The notes under the pieces were generated by a model. The model saw only the letters and a program-made list of their open reading frames with translations. It was not told the DNA's origin and did not search any database. Shown in pieces: positions 9,146-18,614 of a stretch of DNA of 64,000 nucleotides; position 1 is the stretch's first letter, and every line of letters begins with the position of its first letter. The DNA lies in contig DAHUYO010000002.1 in NCBI GenBank assembly GCA_027315185.1, forward strand, positions 23,800-87,799, read 5' to 3'. This stretch comes from Acidobacteriota bacterium (GTDB lineage: Bacteria; Acidobacteriota; Terriglobia; Terriglobales; SCQP01). The position numbers were made by a program, and so were the translations under genes.

Positions 9146-10315
9146 GTGGAAGACGCGCCGTCCTTTGCCCAACATTTCGCCTCCCCCCTCGGCCGCGCCT
9201 GGCTGAACTGCGCCCAGCAGGGCCCGTTGCCCAACGCGGCGGTGCGCGCCGCGCTGGAGGTGGTGGAAGAGAAAGCCCGGCCCTTCCGCATGAGCGACGA
9301 TCGCTATGCCGCCGTGCCCCGGGAGCTGAAGTCTCGGCTGGCGCGGCTGATCGCCGCCATAGAAAGTGAAATCGTCCTGGGCAATAGCGCTTCCTACGGC
9401 CTGCAAACGATCGCCAACGGCTTGGATTGGCGGGCGGGGGATGAAGTCCTGCTGCTGCGCGGCGATTTTCCCGCCTCGACACTGCCGTGGCAGGTGCTGG
9501 AGCGGCGCGGCGTGGCAATCCGCTGGCTGGAACCGCGCGGCGCCGCGCCGCTGCCGGACGAGCTGGCGGCGGCGCTGGGCGCCAAGACGCGGGTGTTTTG
9601 CGCCAGTTGGGTCAACTCCTTCACCGGCGCGGCGCTGGATTTGACGGCGCTGGGCGAATGCTGCCGGCGGCGCGGCGCATGGTTCGTCGTCAACGCTTCG
9701 CAGGCGCTGGGCGCGCTGACGCTGGACGTCAGCCGGACGCCGGTGGACGCGGTCAGCAGTTGCGGCTACAAGTGGCTGTGCGGACCGTACGGAACCGGCT
9801 TTGCGTGGCTGTCGCCCCGGCTGCTGGCCGCCGTGCAGCCGACACAGGTCAATTGGTTCGCGGCGCAGCAAGCGGCGCTGGCGGCGGGACCACAGGGCGG
9901 CGCGCTGAATCACATGCGGGATCTCACCGTGCCGGCGGAGGCGATGGGCACGGCGGCGCTGGATGTGTTCAACACCGCCAACTTCTTCAACTTCGTTCCG
10001 TGGACGGCGGCGCTGGACACCTTGCTGGACTGCGGACCGGAGCGGGTCGCCGCCTATGACCGCGAGCTGGTAGCGCGCCTGCTGGCAGCCCTGGACCGCA
10101 GCGCCTATCGCGTGCTGTCGCCGGAACCGGCGGAGTCGGCGATCGTGGTGATCAGCCATCGCGAGCCAGCTCGAAACGCGGCGATACACGCCGCGCTGGC
10201 GGCGGCGGGGGTGGACATCAGCTTGCGCGAGAACAACCTGCGCTTTTCGCCGCATTTTTGCAACACCGACGAGGAGATTGGCCGCGCCGCCGGCGAACTC
10301 CGGCGGCTGGCGTAG
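9146..10315 (+). CDS. aminotransferase class V-fold PLP enzyme (cysteine desulfurase/selenocysteine lyase-like)
   Basis: AWLNCAQQGPLP..., FCASWVNSFTG and SCGYKWLCGPYGTGF (PLP-Lys context). The track ORF starts at 9044, but 9071-9125 is a repeat element, so GTG 9146 is more plausible. Confidence 0.8.
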   Translation: MEDAPSFAQHFASPLGRAWLNCAQQGPLPNAAVRAALEVVEEKARPFRMSDDRYAAVPRELKSRLARLIAAIESEIVLGNSASYGLQTIANGLDWRAGDEVLLLRGDFPASTLPWQVLERRGVAIRWLEPRGAAPLPDELAAALGAKTRVFCASWVNSFTGAALDLTALGECCRRRGAWFVVNASQALGALTLDVSRTPVDAVSSCGYKWLCGPYGTGFAWLSPRLLAAVQPTQVNWFAAQQAALAAGPQGGALNHMRDLTVPAEAMGTAALDVFNTANFFNFVPWTAALDTLLDCGPERVAAYDRELVARLLAALDRSAYRVLSPEPAESAIVVISHREPARNAAIHAALAAAGVDISLRENNLRFSPHFCNTDEEIGRAAGELRRLA

Positions 10316-10350
10316 GCGCCAAGCCGGCGGCGATAACCGCGGCGGCGCAG

Positions 10351-10400
10351 CATTGACGGGCGCGGCCCTGGCCCGGCCGCTGGCGCGGCGTCCCGCGAGC
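10351..10400 (+). repeat. family A palindromic element (degenerate)
   Basis: cattgacgggcgcGGCCCTGGCCCGGCCGCTGGCGCGGCGTCCCGCgagcg, 36 nt after the aminotransferase stop. Confidence 0.7.
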
Positions 10401-10426
10401 GGCGAGATCGGTTGCAGGAGAGTGCA

Positions 10427-11185
10427 ATGGCGGACCAAATGTTACGCGGCCGCGTCGCGGTCGTGACCGGGGCCAGCAAGGGGCTGGGAAAAGCCATGGC
10501 GGTTGCGCTGGCGCGGTCGGGAGCGACGGTGGCTCTAGTGGCGCGCAGCGGCGAGCTGCTGGAGCAAGCGAGGGCGGAGATTGACGCCCAGGGCGGCGAG
10601 TCGCATGTCGTGGTTGCGGACCTCCGCGAGGAGTCCGACGTCGCCCGCATGGCCGGGCAGGTCCGCCGCGCGGTCGGCTCACCCGACATCCTGATCAACA
10701 ACGCGGGCATGAATCTCCGCAAGCCGCTGCACGAATTCACGCTGACGGAGTGGCGGCTGATCATGCAGACGAACCTGGACAGCGCGTTCCTTTGCTCGCG
10801 CGCGTTTGTCCCGGGCATGATCGAGAAGCATTTTGGCCGCATCATCAACATCGCTTCCACCATGGCGCACGTAGCGCTGGCGCATCGCGCCGCCTACTGC
10901 GCCAGCAAGTTCGGCGTTTTGGGAATGACCAAGGCCCTGGCGCTGGAGCTGGCGCCGCATGGGGTCACCGCCAACGCGATCAGTCCGGGACCGTTCGCCA
11001 CGGAAATGAACACCGTCCTGATGCAGGACCCGGTGCGCAATGCGCAGTTCATTTCCCACATACCCGTCGGCCGCTGGGGCAAGGCGGAGGAACTCGGGCC
11101 GCTGGTCACCTTTCTCTGTTCGGAGGCGGCCGGATTTATCACCGGCGCCGACATCCTGATTGACGGGGGCTGGACGGCGCAGTAG
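10427..11185 (+). CDS. SDR family oxidoreductase (FabG/gluconate 5-dehydrogenase-like)
   Basis: VVTGASKGLG, NNAG, the YCASK catalytic motif and a C-terminal ITGADILIDGGWTAQ. AGGAGA RBS before ATG 10427. Confidence 0.9.
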   Translation: MADQMLRGRVAVVTGASKGLGKAMAVALARSGATVALVARSGELLEQARAEIDAQGGESHVVVADLREESDVARMAGQVRRAVGSPDILINNAGMNLRKPLHEFTLTEWRLIMQTNLDSAFLCSRAFVPGMIEKHFGRIINIASTMAHVALAHRAAYCASKFGVLGMTKALALELAPHGVTANAISPGPFATEMNTVLMQDPVRNAQFISHIPVGRWGKAEELGPLVTFLCSEAAGFITGADILIDGGWTAQ

Positions 11186-11369
11186 CAGCCGGCGGCGAGG
11201 AGTCTGGGTTTTCGCGTTGCTAGGCGCCGGCTCCAGCCCCGCCGCGAATGGGCGCGCGGCGGCTGGCCGAGGTCACCGCGCGAGGCGCCTCTGGCGAACC
11301 GCCAGCGGCTCAGCTACGCTAACGGTGCCGGCGGCAGGAGCGCTCGCCGCGGGCCTGCAAGGAGAACCC

Positions 11370-12131
11370 ATGTCCGACGTTTCCCTGCCGCGGCAGATCC
11401 GCCGCCTGCGTATTTTTGCCACCGCCGCCACCGTGATCGCGGCCGCCGCGCTGCTGGTCGCCGCCGAGGCGGTGCATGCCGCGCGCGACGCAACCTTCAA
11501 CACGCTCACCGTGCATCGCCTGATCCTCCGGGATCAGCGCGGCCGCCTGGCGATGGTGCTAACGAACCACGACCAGCCGATGCCGAGCGTCATCAATGGG
11601 CAGCGATTTCCGCGCAGCGGCGGCGGCGGCAACGAGATCATCTTCTACAATCGCCTGGGCAACGAACAGGGCGGCCTGCTGTGGACCGGCCAGCGCGGCG
11701 GACGCGACGGCGGCCAGAGAGGCGCCGGCGCCGCCAGCAGCACCAACGTCTTGTCATTCGACACCGTGAACACCGACCAACTGCTGCAAGTGGACGACGG
11801 CGACGACCATGGCCGCTTCTTTTCCTACATCACCGGCTGGAACCGCGCCGACTTCAACCGGCCGCGGTACCTCCGTCTGTTTCAGCGCCTTGCCGCCGCT
11901 AAAACCCCGGCCGCCCGCCGTGCGGTTTTGCGCAGCCCGGCCGGACAGGCCTATCTGCGCGGCACGGCGCGGCGGTACCTTGTCGGCTACAACCGCCGCA
12001 ACACCGCGATGGTGATGCTGGCCGACGCGCAGGGCCGGCCTCGCATCAAGATGTTCGTGACTCCGGCGGGCAAGGCGGAGCTGGAGTTTCTCAGCGCCAT
12101 GGGCGCGGTCGTCGCCCGCTATCCAAAGTGA
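11370..12131 (+). CDS. hypothetical membrane-anchored/secreted protein
   Basis: AAGGAGAA RBS before ATG 11370. N-terminal anchor RRLRIFATAATVIAAAALLVAAEAVHA. No family recognised. Confidence 0.55.
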   Translation: MSDVSLPRQIRRLRIFATAATVIAAAALLVAAEAVHAARDATFNTLTVHRLILRDQRGRLAMVLTNHDQPMPSVINGQRFPRSGGGGNEIIFYNRLGNEQGGLLWTGQRGGRDGGQRGAGAASSTNVLSFDTVNTDQLLQVDDGDDHGRFFSYITGWNRADFNRPRYLRLFQRLAAAKTPAARRAVLRSPAGQAYLRGTARRYLVGYNRRNTAMVMLADAQGRPRIKMFVTPAGKAELEFLSAMGAVVARYPK

Positions 12132-12379
12132 TGCGGCGCGGCATCGCAGGGCGCGGGTCGGCGGCGTTCCCACGGGCTGGGGCTGCATTGCGACCCGCGC
12201 GGGCCCCGCGCCTTGCGGGTGCTTGCCCGCTGTACGCGCCCGCGGGCCATTGATAGGCGCGGCCCCCGCGATAAGCCCGGCGCACAGAGGCCGAGGCCCG
12301 TTCCATGCTCTCGGCCCAGCCGCGTCCCAGCCCACGCCCGCACGTCGCCTGGGCCGCGCCGACGCTACTGCTGCTGCCG

Positions 12380-13072
12380 CTACATCATGGGCTTTTGCGG
12401 CATGGGCTTCTGCGGCGGCATGCGGCCGCCCCACATACCGCCCCCGCCATGGCCCATCCGCATCATCATGCGCCCATGCATGGCTTGCAGGCGGCGCCAT
12501 TGTTCCGGGGTCAGGATGCGCCGAATGGTCAGGCGGAAATGCACGCCGGCCTGCGCCGACGCCAGGCGCTGCTGTTCGATGCGGGCCAACTGATGGTCAA
12601 TGGCGGCCTCATCCGGCTGCGCCGCCATCATCAGGCGGGCGACTTCGAGGCGGCGCACCTGCTGATTGGCGCGGTCCATGATGCGGGTCTTCCGCCAAGT
12701 GAAGAAGGCGTCACTGAGCTTCTGCGCCTGCTCCGCGGTCAAGCCCAGGCGCTGCCGCAGCATGGACCAATGGGCCATCATGCCCATGCGGCCCATCGGG
12801 CCCATCATACCGGCGTGCATGCCGGCGCCCATGCCGCCGCGCATGGCCATGCCTCCGCGGCGACCCCAGCCGAGCTCACGCTGCATCCCGCCGCGCCACG
12901 CCATGCGCCGGATGATGACGGTGCGCCCCGGGCCGCCGCAGCCGGCGTCGCGGATGCGAACCGCGACTTGCCGGGCCGGCCCGCCTTCGGGCCCGCCCGG
13001 CCCTTGCGCCCACGCCAGCGGCGCCAGCGCCATCAGGCCCGCCGCCGCAAGAACTGCAATGTGCTTATTCAT
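12380..13072 (-). CDS. Spy/CpxP/ZraP family periplasmic protein with Met/His/Gly-rich segments
   Basis: AAGGAAAT RBS before ATG 13072. Signal peptide MNKHIAVLAAAGLMALAPLAWA. Two LTxxQ motifs (LTAEQAQKL, LTPEQWRRL). Met-rich stretches MGAGMHAGMMGPMGRMGMMAH and HGRMMMRMGHGGGGMWGG. Confidence 0.75.
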   Translation of the reverse strand: MNKHIAVLAAAGLMALAPLAWAQGPGGPEGGPARQVAVRIRDAGCGGPGRTVIIRRMAWRGGMQRELGWGRRGGMAMRGGMGAGMHAGMMGPMGRMGMMAHWSMLRQRLGLTAEQAQKLSDAFFTWRKTRIMDRANQQVRRLEVARLMMAAQPDEAAIDHQLARIEQQRLASAQAGVHFRLTIRRILTPEQWRRLQAMHGRMMMRMGHGGGGMWGGRMPPQKPMPQKPMM

Positions 13073-13470
13073 ATTTCCTTTCACGCCCGGTGGAGCGACG
13101 GGGTTACGCCCTACAATGGAGGTCCGCAACGCGGCCGGTGCGTCTGGGTACGATTTCGCGGGAGTGGGCAATTCGCGTTCGCCGCCGCCGACCGGGGCAG
13201 CGGCGCGCATGGAACTGCGTGCTTGCGGAACGCATGGCCGGGTTGCGGAGACCCAACGATGGCGGCCGGCGTGGAAGGACGTTCCCCACCCAGCGCCGGC
13301 CACCATCGTTTCGCTCGCTCTTCACGGTTGATTGCCGGCGGCCAAGCAAAAGGTTCCCGGCATTTATCGGCGCGGGCGCTGCGCGGCTTGCGCCTGGCGT
13401 GAGGCGCTGCCCGGCTTGGCTCTTGGCGCGGCGCGGAGCGCGGTTCCACGGGGGCGGGAGCACGGGCCCA

Positions 13471-13515
13471 CTGCTTGGCGCGGGCCCCAGCCCCGCCGCC
13501 GGCGCGCCGGCCGCG
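13471..13515 (+). repeat. family A palindromic element (right arm degenerate)
   Basis: ctgcttggcgcGGGCCCCAGCCCCGCCGCCGGCGCGCCGGCCGC. Confidence 0.65.
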
Positions 13516-13613
13516 GAGACAAACCAGCGGCGCTACACTAACCCCACTCACGCCAAACAGCCCAACTCGCCCGGGAGTGATGGGTGACGGGTCGGCAAGA
13601 CACAGGAGAACCA

Positions 13614-14696
13614 ATGTCAGACTATTCGCGCCGAGACTTCGGCAAACTGGCCGCCATCGGGCTGCCGCTGATGACCCAACCCAAGGCGTGGGCCGGCGGA
13701 CCCCGCCCCAATGCCGCCGACGAGCCGCGCGCCGCCGGAGACGCGCCGCCGCAATTCTTCCCGCCGCGCAAGGCGGAGGCGCCGGTGCCCGCTCCCGCGG
13801 GCGGCTGGAAGGCCCATATGGGCCTGGAGCTGTACACGGTGCGGGATCTGATGGCCAAGGACCAGGAAAAGACCATGGCCGCGGTCGCGGCGATCGGCTA
13901 CAAGGAAGTGGAACCGATTGATTACGGCGGGCTGAGTCCGAAACAATACCGCGCGCTGCTGGACCGCTACGGGCTGGTTGCGCCCAGCACCCATGCCATC
14001 ACGCCGCCGGGGCCGGGGCTGGAGAAGCGGCTGGAAGGCTACCAGATCATCGGGCACCGGTATACCTGGATCTTTCCGACGCGGCCGCTGCCGCCGGGCT
14101 TTCACTTTCCGCCGCCGCATCCGGCCCATCACGGCGGCCACCACGCGCCGCGGAAACCGTTCCACTTCCCAGCCGCGACGCCGGAGTCCACCAAGCGGGA
14201 CGCGGAGACCTACAACCGCTGCGGCCGGATCGCCAAGAAATTCGGCATTCAGATCCTGATCCACAACCACGCCATCGAGTTCGAATATTTCCCCGGCACT
14301 ACGCGCTGCCCGTACGACATTCTGCTGGCGGAGACCGACCCGGAACTGGTGGTGATGCAGCTGGACATCGGCTGGTCGTCGGTGGCGGGCGTCAGCGCGC
14401 TGGATCTGTTCCGCGCCCATCCCGGCCGCTTCGTGCTGTGGCATGTGAAGGACGTGATGGACCTGAACTATCTGTTTCCGCAACCGATCATGAGCGAATG
14501 GCAGCGCATGATGGCGTCGGGACGGAAGATCGTTCCGGTGGGACAGGGAGACGTGAGCTATCACCCCATCTTCGAGCAGTGGAAAACCGCCGGCATGCTG
14601 CATTTTTGCGTGGAGCAGGATAACGCGGCGCAGTGGGGCGATTCGGTCGCCGCCGCGCGCACCAGCTACCAGGCCCTGGTGGAAATGCTGGCCTAG
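13614..14696 (+). CDS. sugar phosphate isomerase/epimerase (xylose isomerase-like TIM barrel) with Tat-type signal
   Basis: GGAGAA RBS before ATG 13614. The twin-arginine-like N-terminus is SRRDFGKLAAIGLPL. AP-endonuclease-2/TIM-barrel-like blocks (LELYTVRD, ILIHNHAIEF, WHVKD). Confidence 0.75.
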   Translation: MSDYSRRDFGKLAAIGLPLMTQPKAWAGGPRPNAADEPRAAGDAPPQFFPPRKAEAPVPAPAGGWKAHMGLELYTVRDLMAKDQEKTMAAVAAIGYKEVEPIDYGGLSPKQYRALLDRYGLVAPSTHAITPPGPGLEKRLEGYQIIGHRYTWIFPTRPLPPGFHFPPPHPAHHGGHHAPRKPFHFPAATPESTKRDAETYNRCGRIAKKFGIQILIHNHAIEFEYFPGTTRCPYDILLAETDPELVVMQLDIGWSSVAGVSALDLFRAHPGRFVLWHVKDVMDLNYLFPQPIMSEWQRMMASGRKIVPVGQGDVSYHPIFEQWKTAGMLHFCVEQDNAAQWGDSVAAARTSYQALVEMLA

Positions 14697-14702
14697 TCCA
14701 CC

Positions 14703-14755
14703 GATGGGCGCGGGACCTAGCCCCGCCGCAGGCGGGGCGTCCCGCTTACGCGCCG
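14703..14755 (+). repeat. family A palindromic element
   Basis: gatgggcgcGGGACCTAGCCCCGCCGCAGGCGGGGCGTCCCGCttacgcgcc, 7 nt after the isomerase stop. Confidence 0.85.
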
Positions 14756-14775
14756 CGGACCGCGCGCCGTCCAGC

Positions 14776-15969
14776 CTAGGCCCACAGCCGAAGCTGGGCG
14801 GCGGCCGGCGGCGTTTCGGCTTCGGGTGGTGGATGCAGCGGCAGGCCGATGCGCGCCGCCAGCTTGGCCACGCGCGCGGACAGCTGTTGGCGATAGGCGG
14901 CGGGCAGATACGGCGAGGCCGCGAACTGGCGGCGGTAGGCGGCGGACAGGCGGGGAAACCGCTGTTCTAAAAATGGCAGGAACTGCGCCGCGGCGGCGGG
15001 TTGCAGGAACAGCCCGCCGGCGGAGAAAAACGCCGCGCCGGCATCTTGGGCGGCGGCCATCAACGGCGCCAGGTTTTCCTCGGAGTCGGTGATGCCGGGC
15101 AGCACCGGCGCGCACATCACGCCGGCGACCAGCCCGGCGGCGCGCAGGCGGCGCAGCGCGTGCAGACGCAGATCGGGGCGCGGCGCGCGCGGCTCCAGCC
15201 GCCGGGCCAGGACGCAATCCGCGGTGGTGATGGTGAGGCGAATGACCAGGCGGTTGGCGGCGGCCACCCGCGCCAGCAGGTCAATGTCGCGGACCACCAG
15301 CGCGCTTTTGGTCACCAATCCCAAACGCAGATCCCGGGCCCCGGCGAAGACTTCCCATAAGGAGCGGGTCACGCCGAACTGCCGCTCCGCCGGCTGATAC
15401 GGATCGGTGGCGGTGCCGATGGCGATGCTTTCCCCCAACCGCACCTTGCGCAGTTCCCGCCGCAGGTGCTCGGCGGCCTGGTGCTTGGCGAAGATCTTGC
15501 GTTCGAAGTCCGCCGGCCGGCGCAGCTCCAAAAACTCATGCGCGTAGCGCGCGTAGCAATACTGGCAGCCGAATTCGCAGCCGCGATAGGGGTTGATGGT
15601 CCATTGAAACGGCACGCGGCGGGAGCGGCAGCGGGTGAGGATGCCGCGCGTTTCGATGGCAAAAAACTCCACGCCGCGGTGCGGCGCGAGCGCCTCGGCG
15701 GCGGCGGCCAAGGCGGCGCCGGCATTCCCCGCCGGGCGCTGGGTTAGGACCGCCGCGGCGCCCGCCGCTGCCGGCTTGGGCCCGCGTTCCCGCCCAAACC
15801 CAGGCCCAAGCCCCGGCCCCAGCCCCGGCGCAAGTCCCGGCGCCGGTTCCGGCCATAAAAGCGCGCTAGACGGCCCGCTAGACGAACGCCCCATGGCGGA
15901 CCGGGCCGGAGTCGCCTCCGCCGCGGCTTCCGCCGCCCGCTGCGTCGCCGCCCTCACTGGCCCGCCCAT
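14776..15969 (-). CDS. radical SAM protein (SplB/PA0069-like)
   Basis: INPYRGCEFGCQYCYARY carries the CxxxCxxC radical-SAM cluster motif. The N-terminal ~90 aa (including APGLAPGLGPGLGPG) look non-genuine, so the true start is probably well downstream of 15969. Confidence 0.8.
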   Translation of the reverse strand: MGGPVRAATQRAAEAAAEATPARSAMGRSSSGPSSALLWPEPAPGLAPGLGPGLGPGFGRERGPKPAAAGAAAVLTQRPAGNAGAALAAAAEALAPHRGVEFFAIETRGILTRCRSRRVPFQWTINPYRGCEFGCQYCYARYAHEFLELRRPADFERKIFAKHQAAEHLRRELRKVRLGESIAIGTATDPYQPAERQFGVTRSLWEVFAGARDLRLGLVTKSALVVRDIDLLARVAAANRLVIRLTITTADCVLARRLEPRAPRPDLRLHALRRLRAAGLVAGVMCAPVLPGITDSEENLAPLMAAAQDAGAAFFSAGGLFLQPAAAAQFLPFLEQRFPRLSAAYRRQFAASPYLPAAYRQQLSARVAKLAARIGLPLHPPPEAETPPAAAQLRLWA

Positions 15970-16021
15970 GGGGGCATTATCTTCGCTTTTTCTTCGCCGT
16001 GCAAGCCGCGGCCGCGGGCCT

Positions 16022-18181
16022 TTAGCGCGGGGCCGGAGGGCCGTCCGGCATTAGATGCTTCTCCAAAAACCGCGTGGTGGCGCGGTAGGCGCGCATCCAG
16101 GTATGCCAGCGCAGGAAGACATGCACCTCATCCGGAAAGACCAACTGCTGGAAGGGCACATGGGCCGCACGCAGGCGCTGCACCAGATCCACGGTCTGGC
16201 AGAAGCAGACGTTGCGGTCGTCATCCCCCTGGATGAGCAAGACCGGCGACTTCCAGGTGGAGATGTAGGCGTCGGGGGAGGACTTCCAGGCCAGCTTCTT
16301 GGCCGCGGCGAGATCGGAGGCTGTGGGATCGTGGATCCGCCACACGTGGACGCCATGCATGTCCACGCCGGCGGCAAAGAGGCTGGAATTCTTGGCCAAG
16401 CCCATGGCGGTGAGGAAGCCTCCATAGGAACCACCCCAGAGGCCGATGTGATGGGAATTGACGTAGGGAAGATTCCGCAAATACCGTCCCGCCGCCCATA
16501 CGTCCTGATATTCGCTGGCGCCGCGCGGGCCGGCGTGCGCGGGATAACGGAAATGGAAGCCGTACATGATGCCGGTGCGGTAATTGACCGACAGCACCAC
16601 GAAGCCTTGGTTCACCAGATATTCGTTCTCGGCGTAGGCATTGTGGTAATAGCCCATGGGGTTGAAGCCGAGCATCATTTGGCGCATGGAGCCGCCATGC
16701 ACGAAGACCACCGCGGGAAGCCGGCCGCGCCGGCCGCGGGGCACGAAGAGCTGGGCGTGCAAGGTGAACAAACCGTCGGGGCTGCGGAAGAGGACTTGTT
16801 TGGGAGTGACCATCTTCGCCGACGGGTAATTCTTGATGAGCCAGGCGGCCAGCATGCGCCGCTGGCCGTGGCCGATAACGAAGGGCATGGCCGGGACGGT
16901 CGCGCTGGAGCCGAGGCAGAGCAGATAGCGGCCGTCGCCGGTTTGCACCGGCGTCCATTCGATGGTCTTGCCGGTGGTGATGGCCTGCTGCGGACCGCCG
17001 GCCAGCGAAACCTCCCAGATGTGGCGGCGGTCCACGTCATTTTGGTTGGAGGAATAGAACAAGGCGCGGCCGTCGGCGCTGAGCGTGACGTCCTTGACAT
17101 CGAAATCACCGGGCGTCAGCTTGCGCAGGGCGCCGCCGCCGGGATTGAGCAGGTAAAGATGCATGTGGCCGTCGCGCCAGGACGGCATGACGATGCCCAG
17201 GCGGGTGAAGAGGAAATCCTTGGGCATGAACTGCCAGCCGGGATAGGTGTCCTCGGGACGGCCGCCACTGGAAAAAATTTTGCGCCCCCGGCCGGTCGCG
17301 GCGTTGGCGATCCAGATCTGATAGGGCCGCGGGCGCCAATGCAGGATGGGGGCATGCAGCATCAGGCCCGGCTGGCGGACAAAGGCGATCTGGCGGCCAT
17401 CCGGCGACCAGCGCGGCAGCGAGTCCCGATCCACGCTGGGCGCTAAATACGTCAGGCGCGGGCGGCCAAAATGATAGACGGCGATGAAGCCGTGATCGCC
17501 GCGCTGGCTGGCGAAGGCGATGGCCTTGCCGTCCGGGGACCAGCGGGGATCCGTATTGTGGCCGCGGACATAGCAGAGCGCGCGCGCCGGCTGGGCGCCG
17601 CTGACCGGCGCGATCCAGATCTCGCTTCGCGCCGCCCACGCCGCCCATTGCCCGTTGGGCGAGAGCTCGATATCCTCGCAACCCTCGCCTGGGCATTGCA
17701 TTTCACCCAACTCGCGCGGCTGTCCGGCGAGCGGACCATCGAGCTGGACCGCCCAAACATCTTGATGCGGGCGCGTCACCAGGCTGGCGGGATCGGCGAC
17801 CTGGCCTTGGGCGTTGGTGGAGCTGCCGAGGGAAAAGACCGCCGTGCGGCCATTGGGGGTCAAACGCAGACTGCGAATGACGCCGCCGTCATCGGCGGTG
17901 TAATGCGTGAGTTGGCGTGGATGGAAGCGCGGCCCGTCGGCCACCCAAACGTTGCGCACGCCACGAATATCGAAGACCCATGCAACCCGGGCGCCGCGCC
18001 GCGCGGCGGTCAACTCCGAGGGGAAGGCGAAGTCCATCGCCTGCCGCAAGGTGAAGCTGCCGGGGCGCGGTGGCGCATCCGCCGTCCCGGGCCGGGGTTG
18101 CGGGGGCCGGGCCGCGGCGATGGTGACGGCGATGGTGACGAGGAGAACAATCGCGGTTGCGCACAGACCGGAGCGGGACAT
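16022..18181 (-). CDS. S9 family serine peptidase (prolyl oligopeptidase/DPP-like with beta-propeller)
   Basis: Signal/anchor N-terminus, TolB-like WSPDG repeats, nucleophile motif GLWGGSYGGFLT, and a C-terminal D...H region (LLIQGDDDRNV, FPDEVHVF). Confidence 0.9.
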   Translation of the reverse strand: MSRSGLCATAIVLLVTIAVTIAAARPPQPRPGTADAPPRPGSFTLRQAMDFAFPSELTAARRGARVAWVFDIRGVRNVWVADGPRFHPRQLTHYTADDGGVIRSLRLTPNGRTAVFSLGSSTNAQGQVADPASLVTRPHQDVWAVQLDGPLAGQPRELGEMQCPGEGCEDIELSPNGQWAAWAARSEIWIAPVSGAQPARALCYVRGHNTDPRWSPDGKAIAFASQRGDHGFIAVYHFGRPRLTYLAPSVDRDSLPRWSPDGRQIAFVRQPGLMLHAPILHWRPRPYQIWIANAATGRGRKIFSSGGRPEDTYPGWQFMPKDFLFTRLGIVMPSWRDGHMHLYLLNPGGGALRKLTPGDFDVKDVTLSADGRALFYSSNQNDVDRRHIWEVSLAGGPQQAITTGKTIEWTPVQTGDGRYLLCLGSSATVPAMPFVIGHGQRRMLAAWLIKNYPSAKMVTPKQVLFRSPDGLFTLHAQLFVPRGRRGRLPAVVFVHGGSMRQMMLGFNPMGYYHNAYAENEYLVNQGFVVLSVNYRTGIMYGFHFRYPAHAGPRGASEYQDVWAAGRYLRNLPYVNSHHIGLWGGSYGGFLTAMGLAKNSSLFAAGVDMHGVHVWRIHDPTASDLAAAKKLAWKSSPDAYISTWKSPVLLIQGDDDRNVCFCQTVDLVQRLRAAHVPFQQLVFPDEVHVFLRWHTWMRAYRATTRFLEKHLMPDGPPAPR

Positions 18182-18261
18182 GTGTGGAGGATACGGGGTT
18201 TAAGGGCCGGGGTCCAGGATTGAGGGACACCGCGCCGCGGGCGTTGCCTGGCACGGACCCC

Positions 18262-18610
18262 GGACCGGCCGCGCCGAGCGCGACCGCACGCAAGCCAGAG
18301 GCATAGCCCACCATGCGCGCCGCGGTGCGTGGGGTGGGGCTTCTGCCCTGCGTGCGCACGAATGCTCTGATGGCGTCCCGCCATCGGCGGGGCCGTCGCC
18401 CTCCGGGCGGCGGGAAATGCGACAGTCGGGATGGCGGTCCGCGAGTTCCGTTGCGGCGGACGCTGGCCCGGTAGACGCCCGCGGGCTAGAACCCGCCGCA
18501 CACGGACTAAAGCCCGTACCACGCCCTCCGCGCAGCCGTGTGCGAGCCGCGACTTTTTCGCGCCGCCCTGGCCCAGGCGCAATGCCGTCGGCGCGGCCGC
18601 GGGGTGGCCG
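18262..18610 (+). repeat. composite long intergenic repeat (modules P, Q, nested A-like hairpin, twin-hairpin module)
   Basis: Modules shared with 63490-63700 (inverted) and 53335-53510: cgcgaccgcacgcaagccagaggcatagccca, ggggtggggcttctgccctgcgtgc, gccgtcgccctccgggcggcg and cccgcgggctagaacccgccgcacacggactaaagcccgt. Confidence 0.75.
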
Positions 18611-18614
18611 ACGC

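Noticed and set aside
7026-9206. 726-aa plus-strand ORF
   Set aside because: It is antisense to the MscS-family gene. Its composition is Gly/Arg/Ala/Pro/Gln-dominated with no recognisable motif, while the opposite strand has a clear MscS core. This is a typical high-GC shadow ORF.
12305-13402. 365-aa plus-strand ORF rich in His/Ala/Pro
   Set aside because: It is the mirror of the Spy/CpxP-like gene. The minus strand has an RBS, a signal peptide and LTxxQ motifs.
15775-15850. Short tandem Pro-Gly-Leu repeat (APGLAPGLGPGLGPG) at the 5' end of the radical SAM ORF, considered as a collagen-like or linker repeat
   Set aside because: It lies upstream of where SplB/PA0069-type proteins normally begin and looks like GC-rich simple-sequence DNA read through by the longest-ORF rule. 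It is probably 5' UTR, not protein.
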